Source of the DNA: Ignavibacteriota bacterium
Lineage (GTDB): Bacteria > Bacteroidota > Ignavibacteria > UBA10030
DNA length: 64,000 bases
NCBI GenBank assembly: GCA_963727825.1
Contig: CAVSHO010000001.1
Location: forward strand, 84,926 to 148,925
Direction: 5' to 3'
Of this stretch, positions 50,726 to 59,003 are shown in pieces. A program made the position numbers and the translations under genes. Each line of letters starts with the position of its first letter. Position 1 is the stretch's first letter. The notes under the pieces were generated by a model. That model did not search any database and was not told the origin of the DNA. It saw only the letters and a program-made list of their open reading frames with translations.

Positions 50726-50776
50726 GAGCTTGTCGAAGTTTGGTGACAGAATGTTTTGATATATTTCGACAAGCTC
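50726..50776. repeat. 12-bp perfect inverted repeat (REP-like element or terminator) between convergent genes
   Basis: GAGCTTGTCGAA (50726-50737) and TTCGACAAGCTC (50765-50776) with a 27-nt spacer. Confidence 0.5.
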
Positions 50777-50838
50777 AACGTAATTTCAAGTCATTTCTTA
50801 GATAGGTTATAGTTAAATGAAGACGTGGTTAAAAACTC

Positions 50839-52203
50839 TTAGAAAGTTACCGCACTAACCTGTTTCCACTTTTTCACGCCGTTTTTATCCACAACATCTA
50901 AAATCATCGGCTTGTGTTCTGGTTTCGTAGAAGAGAATGAAAATGCTTCTGCAATCCGTTTGCGTGTAGAGGCAAGAACATTTTCGCGATCAGTATAGAA
51001 GACGACGAGTGAATCTCCAATATCTACTGTGTCGCCAACCTTCTTCTTCAATAAAATTCCTGCTTTCATGTCGATCACATCGTCGATCTTCTCGCGGCCC
51101 GCACCAAGAGAAATGCTTGTCAATCCTAATTCGAAAGAATCTATTTTATCGACATATCCTTTCTCACTCGATTTTACTTCCATAGCAAATTTTGGCAACG
51201 GATATTTTTCCAAATTTTCAAGGGCTTCAACACTACCTCCTTGTGCACGGACAAGATCGAGAAGTTTATGATATGCCGATCCGTTCTCAATTGTCTTTCT
51301 ACATTTCTCAATTCCTTCTTCAATCGACTTCGCTTTCTTGCCGAGATATACCATTGTGCCTGAAAGCACGTATGTAACTTCCATTAAATCGCTTGAAGCG
51401 TCGTTATTTCCAACAGCACCACGCAGGCATTCGACTGATTCAATAACTTCCAACCAATTGCCGATAGCAACTCCAAGCGGCTGGTTCATATTCGTTATAT
51501 AGCCGATGGTTTCTTTTCCAAATCCGTTTCCTATGCCGACGAGCGTCTTGGCCAATTCAAGTGAGTGCTCGTAGGTTTGCATAAATGCCCCCCGCCCGGT
51601 TTTCACATCGAGTACTAACGCATCGATGCCTTCTGCTAATTTTTTGCTCATAATGCTTCCGGCAATGAGCGGAATACATTCGACGGTTGAGGTGACATCG
51701 CGCAGGGCGTACATTTTTTTGTCGGCAGGAGCGATTTCTTTCGTTTGACCGATCATCACCACACCAATTTCGCTAATGACTCGCTTGTATTCGGCAATTG
51801 AAAGATCAGTCCGAAAGCCGGGAATGGATTCTAATTTATCGAGTGTGCCGCCGGTATGTCCGAGTCCGCGCCCGGAGATCATTGGCACTGGAACGTCGCA
51901 TGCGGCAACCATTGGTGCGAGAATGAGTGATACTTTATCGCCTACTCCGCCGGTAGAATGTTTATCTACTTTAATGCCGGGAATTTCAGAAAGGCCAATC
52001 ACTTCGCCGGAGTGAAGCATCAATTTTGTGAATGTGAGCGTTTCCTCGCTGCTCATTCCACGGAAGTAACATGCCATTAGGAATGCAGACATCTGATAGT
52101 CCGGCACTTTGCCCTCGACGTATCCCGTGATGAGGAATCGGAATTCTTCTTCGGTGAGTGAATCGCCCTCGCGTTTCTTGCGAATCAAATCAACAATATT
52201 CAT
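50839..52203 (-). CDS. deoA: Thymidine/pyrimidine-nucleoside phosphorylase
   Basis: ATG at 52203 (MNIVDLIRKKREG...). DKHSTGGVGDK and the ISGRGLGHTGGTLDKLE motifs. Confidence 0.9.
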   Translation of the reverse strand: MNIVDLIRKKREGDSLTEEEFRFLITGYVEGKVPDYQMSAFLMACYFRGMSSEETLTFTKLMLHSGEVIGLSEIPGIKVDKHSTGGVGDKVSLILAPMVAACDVPVPMISGRGLGHTGGTLDKLESIPGFRTDLSIAEYKRVISEIGVVMIGQTKEIAPADKKMYALRDVTSTVECIPLIAGSIMSKKLAEGIDALVLDVKTGRGAFMQTYEHSLELAKTLVGIGNGFGKETIGYITNMNQPLGVAIGNWLEVIESVECLRGAVGNNDASSDLMEVTYVLSGTMVYLGKKAKSIEEGIEKCRKTIENGSAYHKLLDLVRAQGGSVEALENLEKYPLPKFAMEVKSSEKGYVDKIDSFELGLTSISLGAGREKIDDVIDMKAGILLKKKVGDTVDIGDSLVVFYTDRENVLASTRKRIAEAFSFSSTKPEHKPMILDVVDKNGVKKWKQVSAVTF

Positions 52204-52291
52204 AGCAATTTTCAGTGATGAGTGAAGAGTGGTCAATGATAAGCGATAAGCGAGTGTAATAAAGTTTGAAGTAAAAATTCGTCACTCGTCA

Positions 52292-52846
52292 CTATCCATT
52301 AATCTTTGATTTTAGTTTTCGTTCAGTCAATAAAATTCCGGCGATGGTTTTGCTATCCCCAATTTCGCCGCGCGCGATCATTTCTACGGCCGTGAAAAAT
52401 GGAATATATTCAACCGTAAGACTTTGTTCGCCTTCATCAAGGTTTTGTCCGTGTTCGGATTTTTTCAGTCCGGTAGCAAGATATATATGAAGTACTTCGT
52501 TGCAGAACCCCGGTGTAGTGAACATTGTAGTAAGTTTTTCATACTTATCTGCTATGTAGCCGGTTTCTTCCTGTAGTTCACGTTGAGCAGCTATAAGCGG
52601 ATCTTCATTGGGTTCAAGCTTTCCAGCAGGAACTTCCAAAATGAATTTTTTGTGTGGATATCGGTACTGCCGAACAAAAATCAAATTGCCGTTGTCGAGC
52701 AACGGTACGATAACACTTCCACCCGGGTGGCTTACAATTTCACGTTTACGGATGTTGCCGGAAACATCTTTGACCTCTTCGATAATTAAATCGATGATGC
52801 GGCCGTGATACAATCTTTCTGACTTAACTATTTTAGGGAGTGACAT
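52292..52846 (-). CDS. Nudix hydrolase (ADP-ribose pyrophosphatase-like)
   Basis: Nudix box GKLEPNEDPLIAAQRELQEETGY. The start is uncertain (ATG at 52846 or 52876). Confidence 0.8.
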   Translation of the reverse strand: MSLPKIVKSERLYHGRIIDLIIEEVKDVSGNIRKREIVSHPGGSVIVPLLDNGNLIFVRQYRYPHKKFILEVPAGKLEPNEDPLIAAQRELQEETGYIADKYEKLTTMFTTPGFCNEVLHIYLATGLKKSEHGQNLDEGEQSLTVEYIPFFTAVEMIARGEIGDSKTIAGILLTERKLKSKING

Positions 52847-53945
52847 TAGTGTTTGGTGATGAAAGTTGAACGACATGCTGTGCAATGCCGGATGAAATTC
52901 CTTCCTTCATGAAAGCAGTATATATTTGTTCGCGTAAAGCATTCTCGGCACGGCCTTTTTTCTTCCAATCGTCGGTGCGTCCAATTAACTGAAGCGTGCA
53001 TGATGATTCGCCCATTGCACTGAAAAATACATTCGGTTCCGGTTGTTTAAGCAGATCGGAATTCTGACAGGCGATAGTCCAGCATGATTTCTCTTAGCAC
53101 GCTCAATGGATGTACCGTATGCCACATTTACTTCAACGAGAACACGAATATCGTTTCTGGGATATGAATAATTGATGACTTTGGTTTTAGTCAACTCAGA
53201 GTTTGGGCTAATAATGAGATTATTGTCAAAGTCGAGAATCTTTGTACTGCGAAGGCCAATTTCGTACACATCACCAATTTCACCTGTTGGAAGTTTTATC
53301 CGATCGCCGAGACGAAAGGGTCGATCCAGCATAATAATGAAACCGGCAATCATATTAGCAAGAGTTTCCTGTGCCGCAAGGGCGATAGCTACCGAGCCGC
53401 CGCCAAGGAAGACGAGCAAACTGCTGACATCAACGCCAAAATGTCCAAGAGAAATTACTACTGCAATGAAGAGAATCAAAATCATAACCAACCTATTCAA
53501 GATTGGGAAAACTGCTTCATTGATCGTCGATTCTGTTTTCTTCGCATGCGTTTCCATAGCATGTTTCAACAGCGTGTCGATGAAGACGTATTATCAACGC
53601 GGTGACAAGCCAAACGAATGCGATGTAAATGATACCTTCCGAGTATTGAATCAATTCTTCGCCGATCTTATCGGTATGGGAAATGCCTTTGGCAATTTGT
53701 TCTGCGGCGAGATACAAACCAATGACGATTGCAAGCCATTTGACGCGGGGGAGAATAACATTAAAAAGTTTATCGTCTAATTCAGTATCCGTCTTGGCAA
53801 TAAGTTTGCGACCAAGGGTGTTGAGAGAGTATTTGAAGAAAAATCCAATGACCATAACGGCGACAAACGCTATAAAACCGTTCCACAGGTGAAGAGTGAA
53901 TCCGTTGCCGATAAATTGCTGTATATGTTGGAATAAATCACTCAT
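52833..53945 (-). pseudogene. MscS-family mechanosensitive channel, split into three ORF fragments by +1 frameshifts
   Basis: The N-terminal TM part is 53945-53517. The pore/beta-domain part (GGGSVAIALAAQETLANMIAGFIIMLDRPFRLGDRI) is in a second frame. The C-terminal part (PEPNVFFSAMGESSCTLQLIG...) is in a third frame. Breaks are near 53575-53592 and 53060-53095. Confidence 0.75.
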
Positions 53946-53946
53946 T

Positions 53947-54528
53947 CTAATAATTTCCTCTGCTGCCGGGTTTTACGGCTACGCTGCCGGATTTGCACAT
54001 TGGGCAATCCGCCGGCTGATGTGCGACGACCTCCATCTGTAGGACTGCAAATTGTTTTGTATCAAATTGCACTTTGCCGTTGCTTCGATCGACAATACAG
54101 CCGGCACCAATGAGATTGCCTTTTGCATTGTTCACTAATTCAATGACTTCTTTTGTAGAACCTCCGGTCGTGACAACATCTTCCACTACGAGTACACGTT
54201 CGCCTGGAAGAATTTCAAATCCGCGGCGCAATTCCATTTTGCCATCTTTCCGTTCGGCAAAGATAGTGCGCGCGCCTAACATTCTGCCGACTTCTGTTCC
54301 AACCACAATTCCCCCGATAGCGGGAGAGAGAACGACTTCCACTTCATTATATCCAAAGTGGCGAGCAATTTCTCCGGATAGCAGGTGGAGATATTTTGGA
54401 AATTGCAATACGCGGGCGCATTGAAAATACTGCGGACTATGCAAACCGGAAGTGAGTTGGAAATGTCCTTCGAGGAGTGCTTTTGTTTCCCGGAAGATTT
54501 CAAGAATTTGTTCTTTGGGCAGTTTCAT
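53947..54528 (-). CDS. pyrE: Orotate phosphoribosyltransferase
   Basis: 193 aa with GHFQLTSGLHS and the PRPP loop VLVVEDVVTTGGS. Confidence 0.9.
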   Translation of the reverse strand: MKLPKEQILEIFRETKALLEGHFQLTSGLHSPQYFQCARVLQFPKYLHLLSGEIARHFGYNEVEVVLSPAIGGIVVGTEVGRMLGARTIFAERKDGKMELRRGFEILPGERVLVVEDVVTTGGSTKEVIELVNNAKGNLIGAGCIVDRSNGKVQFDTKQFAVLQMEVVAHQPADCPMCKSGSVAVKPGSRGNY

Positions 54529-54672
54529 GTCCAGATATTTCTTTTTGTTAAAGTGATAAAAAGATACTAAGAACTAGTTTGATGCGCAATTTTGGGTTGA
54601 AAAATGTATTGGTCCTGCCACTTATGTTACTGTTTTGTTGTGCGCAAATACTCTTTAAGGTTCAGCATTGTC

Positions 54673-55484
54673 TTAACTTAAAAAACCCTCCACTCTGTGA
54701 ACTTTGCCAAGTTTCGTTCCGAGGAAGCGTTCTCCAATTTCCGTAAACTTGTGCGGTACATCGCTGACAAAAAATTGCAGGTTCGGTTTTTGGGTACTGA
54801 TGTTGCTTCAATTTCAAGTCCATAAGCATATTCTTGACAACTAATGCAGTTGATTCTCCAGAATCAATCAAAGTAACGCTCTGGTGAAGCACCTTGTTGA
54901 TGACGTTTCGTAAAATAGGATAATGTGTACAACCAAGAACTAAGTGTATCAATCTTCTCGAGTGTCAAAGGGAAAAGATATTCTTTGGCGATCAACTCAG
55001 TTGCTTTGTGATCAATCCATCCTTCTTCGGCAAGCGGAACGAAAAGAGGGCATGGCTGTCCAAATACTTTGATGTCAGGATCAAGCTGACGAATGGCGTT
55101 TGTGTAAGCATTACTGAAAATGGTTCCAACTGTTCCGGCAATACCAATGCGCTTATTTTTTGTTGCCCGTACCGCAGCCTCTGCTCCCGGAATGATTACA
55201 CCGATAACCGGCACTTTCGCCCGTTTTTGCACAACATCAAGAGCGACGGCAGATACTGTATTGCAAGCGATGACGATGAGTTTGACATCATGTTGAAGCA
55301 GCACGTCTGTGTCTTGCAGGGCATATTCACGTACTACCTGTTGTGATTTTGGCCCATATGGTACACGCGCCGTATCGCCAAAATAGATAATATTTTCATG
55401 CGGTAAATGGTGCATCAATGCGCGTACTACAGTCATTCCGCCAATACCGGAATCAAAAACGCCAATGGGCTGTGCGTTATTCAT
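54673..55484 (-). pseudogene. murI: Glutamate racemase, interrupted by two +1 frameshifts
   Basis: N-terminal IGVFDSGIGGMTV and VIACNT (frame A to 54864). LVLGCTHYP in a second frame (break at about 54938-54946, an extra A in ACACTT-A-GTTCTT). C-terminal FFVSDVPHKFTEIGERFLG in a third frame (break at about 54780-54795, A5 run). Stop at 54673. Confidence 0.85.
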
Positions 55485-55866
55485 AATAACTCGCGAATTA
55501 TTTTTTTTGCAATATATCTCTATTCGGATATATTCTGAATCGCTGCGAGAATTTCTCGCTTTGCCGCTTCTCGTTATACTATATTATCTAACTTTTTTTT
55601 AATGGGCATTTAAAAACAGATAATGGCAACACTATTAATATAATCATTTTTAATGTTCAGTGCGAAATACTATAAGTTCTCAAATCATTATCATCACTGC
55701 CGTTATGGATTTTTTCGGGAAGAAGAAATACGTCAGATAACCTTGTTGGATAAAAAGCTGTATGGCTCATCCACTTACCACAGCAGTTGCAAACAAGCTA
55801 AGGGTTTGGTAGATTATCGAAGCATTCCTTTCGGGTTTCAATAATGCTTCCATTGAAGAGGTTATA

Positions 55867-57942
55867 ATGACAAAGAGTCGGATTGAAACGATACTAAAAG
55901 ACAGCAATTACCAACTTTTCCTTTTTTCAGTTAAAGATATAAAAGCGTTAGAAGAGCGAATAGTTGAAAAGAACAAAAAGCTTTATGTCAATTGTATTAT
56001 CCGAGAAAAAGAAATTCAGTTAAAACCTGAAGAGATCGTTCGCCAACTTTATGCAATGAAGTTGATGAATATCTATAATTACCCCAAAAATAGAATTCGC
56101 TTTGAACATGCAGTGCAATTTGGCAGAGAAACCAAGTCTTCCGATATTGTTGTATTCGATAAAGACAGGCCAACAGTTGAATATATTATCGTTGAAGTAA
56201 AGAAACCGAGGCTGAAAGATGGAAAAGAGCAATTGAGAAGCTACTGCAACGCAACCGGTGCGCCGATAGGTGTGTGGACAAACGGCGGACAAATATCACA
56301 CTACAATAGAAAAGATCCAAACTTTTTTGAAGACATCACCGATATTCCCAACTCCGATCAGACTCTTGAAGACATATTAAAAGAGCGTTTCACTTGGCGT
56401 GATCTTATAATTAAGGACAAAATCCCCAACGAAGGGAAATCTTTAAAAACTATTATCACCGAGATGGAAGATGAGGTTCTTGCCAATGCAGGAGTCGATG
56501 TCTTTGAAGAAGTTTTCAAATTAATATTCACAAAATTATATGATGAGCAAAAAAGCCAGAAAGATAGAGACGTCGTCAATTATTTTTTAAAGAAGAAAAA
56601 TCTTCCAATGGTAGCAGAAAAGAAAGCAACCTATGGAAATCAATATGAAGGGTCGACGTTCGATGAAGTTAAAAAGGTGGTTAGTGATGTTGATGATACT
56701 TCGTTCCGGATTTTGGAATTTAGAAACACAGGTCAATCGGAGGGTGATCTGAAGAAAAAGATTCAAAAGCTATTTGATGAAGCAAAGAATAAATGGCCCG
56801 GTGTTTTTCCCGATGAGAGTAAAATTGATCTTTCACCTTCCCATCTTTCGGTTTGCATCTCCAGCTTGCAAGATGTAAAGCTCTTCAATTCCAATTTGCA
56901 AGTTATTGATGAAGCATTTGAATACCTCGTTAGCAAATCATCCAAAGGCGAAAAAGGTCAATATTTTACTCCACGCCATGTTATCGATATGTGCGTTAAA
57001 ATGCTCAACCCCCAAAAGGGTGAGTATATGATTGATTCGGCTGCAGGATCATGCGGCTTTACCGTGCACACTATTTTCCACCTGACGGGACATCTTTTTG
57101 AGAACACAGAAATATCGCAGGAAGAAAAAGAAGATGTATTAAAAGTTTTCGGTATTGATTTCGACGAAAAGGTTGTGCGCGTAGCACGAACATTAAACCT
57201 CATCGCTGGAGACGGCGAAACAAACGTCCTGCATCTTAATACACTTGATTATGATCGCTGGAATGAAACGGTGAATAATGCAGAATGGCGCGATACCTAC
57301 GGAAGCGGTTTCAAGCGTTTGGAATCTTTAAAGAAAGATCCAAATGCTTTTAAGGAATTTCGTTTTGATGTTCTTATGGCAAACCCGCCTTTTGCCGGAG
57401 ATATTAAAGAATCCCGCATCATTCATAAATATGAGCTTGGATATAACGATAAAAACAAACCCAAACAGAAAGTAGGACGCGATATTCTCTTTATCGAGCG
57501 TAACCTCGACTTCATCAAACCCGGCGGGCGACTGGCGATTGTATTACCGCAAGGAAGATATAATAATACCTCCGACAAAGATATTAGAGAATTCATAGCC
57601 GATAAAGCCCGCATACTGGCAGTTGTGGGACTGCAGGTTAATACGTTTAAACCGCACACTGGAACAAAAACAAGTGTGTTATTCTTGCAGAAATGGGATG
57701 ATAAGCTTTGCCTAAAGAAAGAGGACTATCCTATTTTCTTCGCCGTATCGGAAAAATCGGGCAAGGATAATTCTGGTGAATATGTGTATGTAAAGAATGG
57801 CGATGGCAAGCCGAAGTTAGATAAGTACGGTCACTTTGTTGTTGATCACGACTTGCACAATCACAGTGGCGAATTGCCTGATGGTGTTGCCGAAGCATTT
57901 ATTGAGTGGGCAAAGAAAGAAAAACTGAGTTTTTGGAAATAA
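55867..57942 (+). CDS. N6-adenine DNA methyltransferase (gamma class) fused to an N-terminal PD-(D/E)xK, HsdR_N-like domain
   Basis: 691 aa. The N-terminal 150 aa carry PEEIVRQ...SSDIVVF...YIIVEVKKP...QLRSYC...GVWTNG. The methylase has GQYFTPRHVI, motif I DSAAGSCGF and motif IV NPPF (LMANPPFAG). Confidence 0.85.
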   Translation: MTKSRIETILKDSNYQLFLFSVKDIKALEERIVEKNKKLYVNCIIREKEIQLKPEEIVRQLYAMKLMNIYNYPKNRIRFEHAVQFGRETKSSDIVVFDKDRPTVEYIIVEVKKPRLKDGKEQLRSYCNATGAPIGVWTNGGQISHYNRKDPNFFEDITDIPNSDQTLEDILKERFTWRDLIIKDKIPNEGKSLKTIITEMEDEVLANAGVDVFEEVFKLIFTKLYDEQKSQKDRDVVNYFLKKKNLPMVAEKKATYGNQYEGSTFDEVKKVVSDVDDTSFRILEFRNTGQSEGDLKKKIQKLFDEAKNKWPGVFPDESKIDLSPSHLSVCISSLQDVKLFNSNLQVIDEAFEYLVSKSSKGEKGQYFTPRHVIDMCVKMLNPQKGEYMIDSAAGSCGFTVHTIFHLTGHLFENTEISQEEKEDVLKVFGIDFDEKVVRVARTLNLIAGDGETNVLHLNTLDYDRWNETVNNAEWRDTYGSGFKRLESLKKDPNAFKEFRFDVLMANPPFAGDIKESRIIHKYELGYNDKNKPKQKVGRDILFIERNLDFIKPGGRLAIVLPQGRYNNTSDKDIREFIADKARILAVVGLQVNTFKPHTGTKTSVLFLQKWDDKLCLKKEDYPIFFAVSEKSGKDNSGEYVYVKNGDGKPKLDKYGHFVVDHDLHNHSGELPDGVAEAFIEWAKKEKLSFWK

Positions 57943-57943
57943 G
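57901..57943 (+). repeat. Direct repeat copy A (3' end of the methyltransferase gene)
   Basis: Aligns column-for-column with 58961-59003 (35/43 identical by hand count), offset exactly 1060 nt. It encodes ...EWAKKEKLSFWK*. Confidence 0.8.
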
Positions 57944-57954
57944 GATATTTTGAA

Positions 57955-58965
57955 ATGAAATTAACAAAGCGATTTGATAAACAATTTTCTGAAGTCGTAA
58001 ACATGATCCATCAAGCCCGGTATAATGCCATCAAAAGCGTGAATGCCGAGCTGGTAAAATTGTATTGGAACATTGGCGAATATATCAGCAAAAAAATTGC
58101 AGATGCTGAATGGGGCGATGCTGTTGTGGATCAGCTTGCCGATTATATTCAAAACAGCCATCCTGAATTTAAAGGTTTTACGCGCCGAGGGCTGTATCGG
58201 ATGCGACAATTTTATGAGGTGTACCGGGATAATAAATTTGTGTCAGCGCTGCTGACACAAATTAGCTGGACAAATCACATGCTGATCCTTTCTAAAACCA
58301 AATCAAAAGAAGAGCGTAAATTTTATTTAATGCTTTCATTTAAAGAAAAGTATAGCTCGCGTGAATTAGAACGCCAAATTGACAGCGGTTATTATGAACG
58401 GGTAATGCTTACAAAGAAAAAAGTGTCACCACCGGTGACACAAAGTAAAAAAGATATTACCACGGTGTTTAAAGACACCTATGTCCTGGATTTTTTAAAC
58501 CTGCCTGAACTTCACAGCGAAAAAGATTTGCAGAAAAGTATTGTTGCAAATCTAAGAGATTTTATACTTGAGTTCGGAAAAGATTTTACTTTCATAGGAC
58601 AAGAATATCGAATTCAGGTGGGTAATAATGATTATTTTATTGATCTGCTTTTCTTTCATCGCGGTATTAGATGCCTTGTCATGGTAGAGCTTAAAATCAC
58701 AGATTTCAAGCCGGAGTATCTGGGGAAAATGAATTTCTATCTTGAAGCGCTGGATAGAGACGTTAGAAAAGAAGGTGAAAATCCAAGTGTCGGCATTATA
58801 TTATGTAAGTCGAAAGATGATGAGGTAGTGGAGTACGCCCTAAGCCGTCATCTTTCACCTACACTCGTAGCCGAATATAAAACAAAATTAATACCCAAGA
58901 AAATATTACAGAAGAAACTGCATGAACTGTTTCTTTTGCAAGGTAAGAAAAGCGATGAAAACTAA
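57955..58965 (+). CDS. DUF1016 / YhcG-like PDDEXK-family nuclease
   Basis: 336 aa with an N-terminal helical region and a C-terminal nuclease core IDLLFFHRGIRCLVMVELKITDF (D...ELK). Confidence 0.8.
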   Translation: MKLTKRFDKQFSEVVNMIHQARYNAIKSVNAELVKLYWNIGEYISKKIADAEWGDAVVDQLADYIQNSHPEFKGFTRRGLYRMRQFYEVYRDNKFVSALLTQISWTNHMLILSKTKSKEERKFYLMLSFKEKYSSRELERQIDSGYYERVMLTKKKVSPPVTQSKKDITTVFKDTYVLDFLNLPELHSEKDLQKSIVANLRDFILEFGKDFTFIGQEYRIQVGNNDYFIDLLFFHRGIRCLVMVELKITDFKPEYLGKMNFYLEALDRDVRKEGENPSVGIILCKSKDDEVVEYALSRHLSPTLVAEYKTKLIPKKILQKKLHELFLLQGKKSDEN

Positions 58966-59003
58966 TTGGGTAGAGAAAGATAAATTGAGTTTTTGGAAAA
59001 AAG
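58961..59003 (+). repeat. Direct repeat copy B (immediately after DUF1016, at the start of the S gene)
   Basis: ACTAATTGGGTAGAGAAAGATAAATTGAGTTTTTGGAAAAAAG. In one frame it still reads NWVEKDKLSFWKK, a relic of the methylase C-terminus. Confidence 0.8.

Noticed and set aside
55653-55844. 63-aa ORF upstream of the methyltransferase, considered as a possible controller (C) protein.
   Set aside because: It has no helix-turn-helix pattern, it is His/Tyr/Cys-rich and low-complexity, and there is no RBS-like sequence. It is probably non-coding leader or promoter DNA.
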